32,000 bases of DNA, from the NCBI GenBank assembly GCA_019187665.1, contig JABARH010000003.1, positions 222,982 through 254,981 on the forward strand, given 5' to 3'. The notes under the pieces were generated by a model, which was not told the origin of the DNA, did not search any database, and worked only from the letters and a program-made list of their open reading frames with translations. The stretch's first letter is position 1. Each line of letters starts with the position of its first letter. The stretch comes from Anaerolineales bacterium (GTDB taxonomy: Bacteria; Chloroflexota; Anaerolineae; Anaerolineales; Villigracilaceae). Below are positions 6,551 through 13,698 of this stretch, piece by piece. A program made the translations under genes and the position numbers.

Positions 6551-8251
6551 TCACACCAATGTCCCCGCATACCCATCCGCGCGCGGATCGCTTCCGCCGC
6601 ACAGCACGCCTGTTTTTGCGTCGCGGAGAATGACCTGCCCCCTGCCGAACAATGCGCGTTCGTAACCAGTGACCGAATACACGGGGTGTCCCATTTTTTG
6701 CAAGCCGTTGAATGTCCCCTCTGGCATTCCCTCTTCGATCGCAACGCGCCCGCCTGATTCATCCACGTCAATGCAAAAGCGCGAACGATCCAGCGCGGAC
6801 TGGGGATCTAGCCCATCATCCACCAACGCGGATAACACTTGCACGTGTCCCTGCGGTTGCATGAATCCGCCCATGACGCCGTAGGAGGCGTATAAAGATT
6901 CTTCAAAAGAATCTTTTGAACCGCGAAGCTCGCTAAGACCGCTAAGAATTTCTTGATTCTTCGCGTGCTTTGCGCTCTTCGCGGTAAGTTTTGTGACCAT
7001 GGCAGGGATAATCGTGTGATAGGGTCGCTTGCGCGGGGCGAGGGCGTTGGGATGATTCGGGTCGAGGCTGAAGTTGTGTCCGCGATTTTGAAGCGTGAAG
7101 CCCCAGCCTTTTGGGACAATGCCTGTGCCGAATCCCATGTAGTTGCTGTTGATGAACGAGCAGGCGTTGCCGAATTTGTCCACGACGCTGAGATAGACGG
7201 TGTCGGAGGAGGAGACGGGAACGCCGCGTTCGATATTGCGTATTGCGGACTGCGTGTTGATTAGTTTGCGGCGATGACTTGCATATTCTTTCGATAACAG
7301 TTCATTGATGGGGATGTTTGAAAACTTTGGGTCAGATACATACCAACTCGCATCGGCAAAAGCGAGGCGCATCGCTTCGATCATCAGGTGCATCTTTTCA
7401 ATGGAGAGAGATTCAAGTGAAGCCAGATCGAATCCTTCGAGAATATTCAACGCGATCAACGCGGTGATGCCCTGTCCATTGGGCGGACATTCGTAGACTC
7501 GATAGCCGCGATAATCCACTGAGATTGGCTCTTCCCACGTGGACGTGTGCGACGCGAGATCGTCAGCGGACAGACACCCGCCCGCCTCGTTCAACACAGC
7601 GACGATGGCTTCGGCAATTTCACCTTGATAAAACGCCGACGCCCCTTCGCGCGCGATGGTTTCAAATGTTTTTGCCAAGCCAGAATTGCGGAAGATCTCG
7701 CCCGCGTTCGGTCCGCGTCCATCAATGGTTAACTCTTGTCCGTTCGGCGCGGAGGCGAGTTGACGTTGAACGCCGCGTCCCCAAAAATAGGATGTGATCG
7801 GCGCGACGGGAAAGCCGTCGCTGGCGAGTCGAATCGCGGGCGCGAGAATCTCAGACATCGAGAGCGAGCCGTGTTTTTGAATCAGGTCGAACCAGCCCGC
7901 GCACGCGCCGGGGACAGTCACCGTGTATGGATGGAACGCGGGAATCGAAGATGCGAATCCGCTGGTCTTTAGCCGATCAAGCGTAAGGGCGGAAGGAGCG
8001 CGGCCCGATCCGTTGAGGGCGGTGACTCGTTTCGTATCCGCAGAAAAATACAGCGCGAACATGTCGCCGCCGATCCCAGTGGAGGTTGGCTCGGTCACGT
8101 TGAGCGCCGCGCCCGCCGCAACAGCCGCATCTGCCGCGTTGCCTCCTTTCGCAAGGATTTCAAGCCCCGCAGCTGTAGCGAGAGGTTGCGAGGTTGCGAC
8201 GATTCCGTTCGTTGAGTACACAGGCGAGCGATGGGATGAAAAATTCATCAT
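6551..8251 (-). CDS. ggt: Gamma-glutamyltransferase family protein (no signal peptide, YwrD-like) carrying a 22-codon repeat insertion
   Basis: I start it at the ATG at 8251 (MMNFSSHRSPVYSTNGIVATSQPLA), because the listed longer ORF would overlap the divergent MFS gene. GGT motifs are present: TSTGIGGDMFALY, the autoprocessing Thr in SSDTVYLSVVD, and GVMGGFMQPQGH. Confidence 0.9.
   Translation of the reverse strand: MMNFSSHRSPVYSTNGIVATSQPLATAAGLEILAKGGNAADAAVAAGAALNVTEPTSTGIGGDMFALYFSADTKRVTALNGSGRAPSALTLDRLKTSGFASSIPAFHPYTVTVPGACAGWFDLIQKHGSLSMSEILAPAIRLASDGFPVAPITSYFWGRGVQRQLASAPNGQELTIDGRGPNAGEIFRNSGLAKTFETIAREGASAFYQGEIAEAIVAVLNEAGGCLSADDLASHTSTWEEPISVDYRGYRVYECPPNGQGITALIALNILEGFDLASLESLSIEKMHLMIEAMRLAFADASWYVSDPKFSNIPINELLSKEYASHRRKLINTQSAIRNIERGVPVSSSDTVYLSVVDKFGNACSFINSNYMGFGTGIVPKGWGFTLQNRGHNFSLDPNHPNALAPRKRPYHTIIPAMVTKLTAKSAKHAKNQEILSGLSELRGSKDSFEESLYASYGVMGGFMQPQGHVQVLSALVDDGLDPQSALDRSRFCIDVDESGGRVAIEEGMPEGTFNGLQKMGHPVYSVTGYERALFGRGQVILRDAKTGVLCGGSDPRADGYAGTLV
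6920..6985. repeat. 66-nt hairpin element (3 x 9-mer, loop, 3 x inverted 9-mer) inserted in frame inside ggt
   Basis: The left arm is ACCGCGAAG CTCGCTAAG ACCGCTAAG (6920-6946) and the right arm is CTTCGCGTG CTTTGCGCT CTTCGCGGT (6959-6985). It spans exactly codons 423-444 of ggt (TAKSAKHAKNQEILSGLSELRG). It has the same architecture as the core of the element at 21349-21415. Confidence 0.85.
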
Positions 8252-8296
8252 GGCGATTTGAACCTTTTCTGAAAGTTTTTTCGTAGATGGACGTGA

Positions 8297-8305
8297 TGGT
8301 ATCAT
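8297..8305 (+). promoter_or_regulatory. Candidate extended -10 promoter of the MFS gene
   Basis: TGgTATCAT at 8297-8305 in the ggt/MFS divergent intergenic region. AAAGGA RBS lies before the ATG at 8331. Confidence 0.35.
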
Positions 8306-8330
8306 AGACCAACTTGCCAAAAAGGAAAAC

Positions 8331-9593
8331 ATGGAAAATTCTTCACAGAACATTCCGCAAAATTGGGCGCCGCGCTTTTTCACCATTTGGACCGGGCAGG
8401 CGTTCTCGTTGTTTGGTTCGGCTTTGGTTCAATTCGCGCTCGTGTGGTGGCTGACGAAAGAGACCGGTTCCGCCACCGTGTTGGCGACCGCCACGTTGGT
8501 GGCGCTGTTGCCTCAGATCGTTTTTGGTCCGTTCATCGGCGCGTTGGTTGACCGTTGGAACCGCCGCTTGATCATGATCGTAGCAGACGGGAGCATCGCG
8601 CTTTCAACCGCGTTCCTGTTTTATCTGTTCGCTACTGGGCAAGTTCAAGTTTGGCACATCTACGTGATCGTGATCATCCGCTCGTTTGGCACGGCGTTTC
8701 ATTCACCCGCCATGACCGCCTCCACCTCGCTGATGGTTCCCGATAAATATCTCGCACAATTATCTGGCGCGAATCAATTGCTTCAAGGTCTGGTCGGCAT
8801 TGCCGCGCCTCCGCTTGGCGCATTGTTGATCGAAGCGTTCTCGACGCAAAATGTTTTGCTCATTGATATTGCGACCGCCGCCCTTGCGATCCTGCCATTG
8901 TTATTCATCCCCGTGCCTCAACCCGTCCGCGACGCGATTCAAAAACCGTCCACGTACTGGGAAGATTTGAGGGAAGGTTTTCATTACGTTGTGCGCTGGC
9001 GCGGATTGCTCGGCTTGACCATTCTTGCGATGATCTTGAATTTTATGATCACCCCAAGTTCCGCGCTCCTGCCTCTCGTGGTTACGAAAGTTTTCAACGG
9101 CGGCGCGCAAGAACTCGGTTGGAGCGAAGCGATGTTCGGGGCCGGCATAATCGCGGGCGGCATTTTGCTCGGCATCTGGGGCGGATTCAAACGCCGCATC
9201 ATCACCTCGTTCAGCGGCATCATCGGCATCGGCGTCGGATGCGTCCTCATCGGGTTCGTGCCAGCAGACAAGTTCTACCTCCTGCTCGCCGCCAACTTCA
9301 TCATCGGTTTCACGGAAGTTTTTGCCAACGGGCCGTTGATGGCGATCCTTCAATCCACCGTCGCGCCCGATAAACAAGGACGAGTCTTTTCGCTCCTCGG
9401 CGCGGGCGCGACCGCCATGATGCCGCTCAGCCTGCTGGTCTCGGGTCCCATCGCCGATCTCCTTGGGATCCGCTTCTGGTTCATCTTCGGCGGCGCGGTC
9501 TGTGTTCTGATGACGGTCATCGGGTTCTTCATCCCCGCGATCATGAACATCGAGAACGACCGCGAAGCCGTGTTGACTCCTGTGGCTGAATAA
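8331..9593 (+). CDS. MFS transporter (DHA3/EntS-like efflux family)
   Basis: About 12 predicted TM helices. The N-terminal F-x2-W-x-GQ-x-FS-x-FGS pattern and the GALVDRWNRR loop between TM2 and TM3 are typical of MFS_3/enterobactin-exporter-like proteins. Confidence 0.85.
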   Translation: MENSSQNIPQNWAPRFFTIWTGQAFSLFGSALVQFALVWWLTKETGSATVLATATLVALLPQIVFGPFIGALVDRWNRRLIMIVADGSIALSTAFLFYLFATGQVQVWHIYVIVIIRSFGTAFHSPAMTASTSLMVPDKYLAQLSGANQLLQGLVGIAAPPLGALLIEAFSTQNVLLIDIATAALAILPLLFIPVPQPVRDAIQKPSTYWEDLREGFHYVVRWRGLLGLTILAMILNFMITPSSALLPLVVTKVFNGGAQELGWSEAMFGAGIIAGGILLGIWGGFKRRIITSFSGIIGIGVGCVLIGFVPADKFYLLLAANFIIGFTEVFANGPLMAILQSTVAPDKQGRVFSLLGAGATAMMPLSLLVSGPIADLLGIRFWFIFGGAVCVLMTVIGFFIPAIMNIENDREAVLTPVAE

Positions 9594-9619
9594 CTCACTT
9601 TACGCACAAAGCTTGTCAT

Positions 9620-9646
9620 GCGAGACTGCGAAGCGTCTCGCTTTTC
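9620..9646 (+). terminator. Weak rho-independent terminator after the MFS gene
   Basis: GCGAGAC (9620-9626), 8-nt loop, GTCTCGC (9635-9641), followed by TTTT. Confidence 0.5.
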
Positions 9647-9710
9647 AGGCTGTTCTTGCACAAGAGCGACATATTGCTATTTTCACAATTAATCGAGCAA
9701 TAAATCGAAC

Positions 9711-9771
9711 CACTGAGACACGGAGACACTGAGAAAAGAATTAAAAACTCCGCGACTCAGTGTCTCCGTGT
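9711..9771. repeat. Octamer-built hairpin element between convergent genes
   Basis: The left arm is three CACNGAGA octamers (9711-9734) and the right arm is inverted TCTCNGTG units. A perfect 16-bp stem pairs 9718-9733 with 9756-9771, with a 22-nt loop. Confidence 0.8.
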
Positions 9772-9877
9772 TTCAAAATAGAGCGAAAGGATTGCTCAGG
9801 TAAATTCCTAATCTGCAAAATGTCGCATTACGAGAACTGAATCCAACTGCATAACATCAGTAAAAAAATTCCATTGG

Positions 9878-9925
9878 ACAAAAACCCCCGTTGCTGGCGC
9901 AGTTGAACTGCGTCAGCAACGGGGG
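9878..9925 (-). terminator. Strong rho-independent terminator of the cytochrome operon
   Basis: A 19-bp stem (9885-9903 with 9907-9925, one G-U) has a 3-nt loop. On the minus strand it is followed by TTTTTGT. It lies 20 nt after the cytochrome stop codon. Confidence 0.85.
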
Positions 9926-9945
9926 TTCGGCTTGATTCGGTTTCC

Positions 9946-11211
9946 TCAATCATCCCCCTCTTTGCGTTCGCCTCCCTCCTCTTTCTGTCCTGTCGAATGG
10001 CACTCCATGCAGTTTTGGAAATCTGTAACTCCTTCCTCGATATGCTTCGAGCGTATTTCGGATTCGTTGTGTTCATGACAACCATAACAGGTATAGGTTG
10101 TAAAAGCGCTTGGGTGACAAGTGGCGCATGAGACTGTGCCGCCATCGCCGTGATTCAACGGGAAGGTGTGTGGTTCATTGAACGTGGCGGGTTTCCACGC
10201 CGTGGTGGTGTGACAAGCCGCGCAGTCTGTGCCAAACAAGCCCAAATGAAAAACGGGATCGGCATGACAGGCAACGCACGCGCTGGGCGTTCCCGCAAAC
10301 TGGTCGTTGACGTGACACTGCTCGCATTCCACTTGTTGATGCGCGCCCGTCAGCGGGAAGTCGCTGCGCGAATGATCGAAGGTCGCGTCCTTCCAATTGG
10401 AGGGCGTGTGACAGGAGCCACAGTCTGCGCCAAATTGCCCGGCGTGAACGTCGTCGGCCTGGTGACAAGCCGCGCAGTCCTGCGATGCGGCTTGTAAATC
10501 CGCAATCGTTCGCGCGTTCGCGTGACAGTCGGCGCAGGCAACATCCGCGTGTTTGCCATCGAGCGGGAATACGAAAGTATTATGATCGAAATCGTTTCCG
10601 TAGGTATCCACGCCATCGTGACACGACAAACAGTCGCCGCCCCAACTTGCCGCGTGTGTGTCGGTGAAAGCCGAATCAATTTGACGATGACAAGTATCGC
10701 ACGTCTGCAAATCGAATTGCGACACATCATCGGCATGGCAATCGGAACAAGTGAAGGCTTTTCGCGCCGCAGTGAACTGGTGACCTTTCAACGAGTAACC
10801 GAGCGCTTCATGCGGAAAAGTGATTTCGTCCATCTCGGTCAGCGAAGCGTCCGCGCCGCGATGCTCGGGATGACAATTGCGGCACGTGATGGCGGCGGCA
10901 TCTTTCATCATCCGTCCGTGAAGCGAAGACAAATCTTGCAGTTGTCCCGAAAGATCGCTATGGCAATCCAGACAGCGATCCGCCATGGTGGCGCGTTCCC
11001 AGGGAGCAGTGTGACAGGTCTGGCAATCCCCGCCGGTCTCCGCATGAGACGTGACGCCGCCCAACATCTCTCCGCGTTGCGCATTCAATGGACCGGGGCT
11101 GTATAACAAACCTCCGCGAGCATACACGTATCCCACGATAAGGAACGTGGTGAGGATCGCGGCGATGATGCCGCTTCCTGATAGGCAACCCAGACGATTG
11201 GTTCGCATCAT
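9946..11211 (-). CDS. Membrane-anchored multiheme c-type cytochrome (15 CxxCH motifs)
   Basis: I counted 15 CxxCH motifs. The N-terminus is MMRTNR plus a hydrophobic anchor (IIAAILTTFLIVGYVY). It contains repeated F-x-H...G-x-H...CxxCH...CxxCH modules like c3/c7-type polymers. GGAGGA RBS at 11212-11219. Confidence 0.93.
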   Translation of the reverse strand: MMRTNRLGCLSGSGIIAAILTTFLIVGYVYARGGLLYSPGPLNAQRGEMLGGVTSHAETGGDCQTCHTAPWERATMADRCLDCHSDLSGQLQDLSSLHGRMMKDAAAITCRNCHPEHRGADASLTEMDEITFPHEALGYSLKGHQFTAARKAFTCSDCHADDVSQFDLQTCDTCHRQIDSAFTDTHAASWGGDCLSCHDGVDTYGNDFDHNTFVFPLDGKHADVACADCHANARTIADLQAASQDCAACHQADDVHAGQFGADCGSCHTPSNWKDATFDHSRSDFPLTGAHQQVECEQCHVNDQFAGTPSACVACHADPVFHLGLFGTDCAACHTTTAWKPATFNEPHTFPLNHGDGGTVSCATCHPSAFTTYTCYGCHEHNESEIRSKHIEEGVTDFQNCMECHSTGQKEEGGERKEGDD

Positions 11212-11218
11212 TCCTCCG

Positions 11219-11773
11219 CTACTTTAACAAGGTAGCGTAGTACAACGCCGCGCCGATATGGACGAACGCCGAAATGAACAACGCGATGCCGATGGGGATA
11301 TGAACGGTATGCCAGAGCGCCAAAAGACGACGCGCTTGCTTGAGAGCCTCTTGTGAGAGCGTCCCCTCAATCTCCAATCCGTCCATGGTGCGCGGGATGC
11401 GGGTGAAGACATAACGCCCGATGAATCCGCTAACGACGATAATGATAGTCAGTAAGGTTGTCGCGCCGGCGATGCCGTTGAATTTCCACGAGGTGTGAAG
11501 CAAAACCATGTACGGTCCCACGATCCCGGTAAAAATATGGAATTGAAGCCACGTAGACATCCTCCCCCACTGTACAGTGCGACTCCGTTTGCGCAGGCTG
11601 TATAACGTCTCTGTCATCATCATTAAGACAAAGCCGACGATTCCGACGCCGTGACCGAACAACTCGCCCGCCGGGGGAATCGAGCGCGTGAAAAAAACAA
11701 CCAGCGCGTAGATCCCTGTGATCAACGCCATCGCCAAAAACGCCAACCATAATTCTTTGTTGCCACGAAGCAT
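11219..11773 (-). CDS. Five-TM membrane protein with two H-x13-H pairs (putative di-heme b-type electron carrier)
   Basis: Starts at the ATG at 11773, 3 nt after a GGAGGG RBS (11777-11782). Predicted helix 3 carries H79 and H93, and helix 5 carries H158 and H172, each pair with 13 intervening residues. Confidence 0.65.
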   Translation of the reverse strand: MLRGNKELWLAFLAMALITGIYALVVFFTRSIPPAGELFGHGVGIVGFVLMMMTETLYSLRKRSRTVQWGRMSTWLQFHIFTGIVGPYMVLLHTSWKFNGIAGATTLLTIIIVVSGFIGRYVFTRIPRTMDGLEIEGTLSQEALKQARRLLALWHTVHIPIGIALFISAFVHIGAALYYATLLK

Positions 11774-11790
11774 AAACCCTCCAAAGATTC

Positions 11791-13089
11791 CTAATTCCTC
11801 AAACCCGCCCAAAACTCGACGACCACATCCCCGATGCGGGCATCTGGAGCCAATAATTTCTCGCGGATCGAGGAAATATCTATTCCTTCCGAAACGATTT
11901 TCTGGAGAGGGTACGAAAGTTTCTGGTCGCCCATCACCACCGCGCCGAACACCCGCTTTTCACCGACAAGCAAGCGGACATGATTCACGTCAAAGCCGCT
12001 CTGAGCCACCATTGCCTCCGGCAGGCTCCGCCACGTTTCGCTGTCGCCGCGCGCAATGCCGATCACGTCTTCATCGTGACCGCTCCCCACCGCGCCGATG
12101 ATCGTTGTCGTCAGACCCGCCAAACGAGTCACGTTGAACGGAGGCGCTTTGACATACGCCGTTATCCTGCCTGCCATGTTCAACCCCGCCGCATATCCTT
12201 GCTGACGAGCGGGTCCCCACAAACTATCCAACACAGACCGCCCGCTGGACGGATCGTACACCTGCGCCACATCGCCCGCCGCAAAGATATGCGGATCGTT
12301 CGTCCGCATACACTCGTCGACGAGAATCCCCCGCTCGACCTCCAGCCCAGCCTGCCTCGCCAACTCCAAGCGCGGACGAATCCCGATCGCATACGCCAGC
12401 ATGTCGCACTTGATGATCTTCCCGTCGAGCAAGCGCGCGCCGCCGACGCGATTCTTCCTCCCGATCACCTCGGTCAATTCGGCGTGATGATGCAAGGTCA
12501 CGCCTTCCACCTGAAGCCGCGCCTCGACGATCTTCGATTCGCGCTCATCCAGCACACTGCCCCAATATCGATCGCCGCGCAGTAAATAATGGACGTTCAT
12601 ACCCCGCGCGAGCAATCCTTCGGTTAACTCCAACGCGGTGATCCCGCCTCCCACCACAACGACCGTCTTGCCGCGCCGCGCATGTTTCAAAATGCGCTTC
12701 GCGTCATCCATGTGATCGAGTTTGAAAACACCCTCGAGATTTGCGCCGGGCATCTCCAGCGGCAATGCCTGCGCCCCGGTGGCGATCAACAGGCGGTCAT
12801 ACGGGATGGAAGCCTGATCCTCCAACTCCAACGCGCGCGCCTCGCGCAGAACATTCTTCACGCGCCCTTTCATATACCGAAAGTTCATCTGGCGGTAATC
12901 TTCAGCCGTACGCGGGTACAAAGCTTTGTCGTGAAGTTCCCCGGTCAAATAATAGGCAAGCCCGGGGCGCGAATAGAATCCGTGAGGGTCGTCGCCGATC
13001 ATCACGATCTCCCCAGCGGCATCCACGGAGCGGATCGCCTCAATCGCCGCGATGCCCGCCACGCCCGTGCCGACGATCGCGTACTTCAT
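11791..13089 (-). CDS. FAD-dependent pyridine-nucleotide-disulfide-family oxidoreductase (NAD(P)H-binding)
   Basis: Starts at the ATG at 13089 after an AGGAGG RBS. It has IVGTGVAGIAA (FAD fold), VVVVGGGITALE (NAD(P)H fold) and IFAAGDVA motifs. The start overlaps the ferredoxin stop (ATGA). Confidence 0.88.
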   Translation of the reverse strand: MKYAIVGTGVAGIAAIEAIRSVDAAGEIVMIGDDPHGFYSRPGLAYYLTGELHDKALYPRTAEDYRQMNFRYMKGRVKNVLREARALELEDQASIPYDRLLIATGAQALPLEMPGANLEGVFKLDHMDDAKRILKHARRGKTVVVVGGGITALELTEGLLARGMNVHYLLRGDRYWGSVLDERESKIVEARLQVEGVTLHHHAELTEVIGRKNRVGGARLLDGKIIKCDMLAYAIGIRPRLELARQAGLEVERGILVDECMRTNDPHIFAAGDVAQVYDPSSGRSVLDSLWGPARQQGYAAGLNMAGRITAYVKAPPFNVTRLAGLTTTIIGAVGSGHDEDVIGIARGDSETWRSLPEAMVAQSGFDVNHVRLLVGEKRVFGAVVMGDQKLSYPLQKIVSEGIDISSIREKLLAPDARIGDVVVEFWAGLRN

Positions 13090-13352
13090 GATTTCCTCCT
13101 GGCAAACAAATCCGTCCTCTCGAACCGCAACGCCCCGCGCGGGCAACGCGCCACACACTCGCCGCACGCCAGGCAATGACTGTGGATCACCGGCTCATTC
13201 CGCCACGCATGAGCGCGCACGTCAATTCCCACCGGGCAGTGATATGTGCAAATCCCGCACTGCACACAACGCGCGGGGTCCGGCGCCACCAGCCCCGCAG
13301 CGAGAACCGCATGCTTCTTCGCGTCATGTTGAAAGAGTCCCAAGATTGCCAT
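13086..13352 (-). CDS. 2x[4Fe-4S] ferredoxin-type protein
   Basis: CVQCGICTYHCP and CLACGECVARCP are two canonical 4Fe-4S cluster motifs. The ATG at 13352 is preferred over the listed TTG at 13415, but the start is uncertain. Confidence 0.8.
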   Translation of the reverse strand: MAILGLFQHDAKKHAVLAAGLVAPDPARCVQCGICTYHCPVGIDVRAHAWRNEPVIHSHCLACGECVARCPRGALRFERTDLFARRKS

Positions 13353-13557
13353 TGTGTTGAAAGCCGTCCGATCTGCCGATTGAATACAACTTGCATCGTT
13401 ATTATAGGCTTCCAAACAGCGACGAATGTCACGATTAAGTCATAAGCATAATGCGCTGCCACACAACGACATAGTTACCCTACACCACACTACAGGCGCT
13501 CCATTTCATGGGGTTTCTTCGCGCCCTTTACGGTGAAATGCGCTTTAACGAAATAGG

Positions 13558-13609
13558 ACTTACGCAACCATCCGTTCGGCGCGTTAGAGAACGCCAATTA
13601 TGCGTACGT
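13558..13609. repeat. Nested small hairpin element containing a 26-nt sequence repeated exactly at 31970-31995
   Basis: GCGTTAGAGAACGCCAATTATGCGTA at 13581-13606 is identical to 31970-31995. The inner stem is GCGTT/AACGC (13581-13585 with 13590-13594). The outer imperfect stem pairs ACTTACGCA (13558-13566) with TGCGTACGT (13601-13609). Confidence 0.8.
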
Positions 13610-13698
13610 TTCATTTGTATCGAACAGCGCGCCAGATACCGCCGGCTTATGATAATTGCCAAAACCCATTCCTCAATCGAGGGTAAAATATCCTACTG

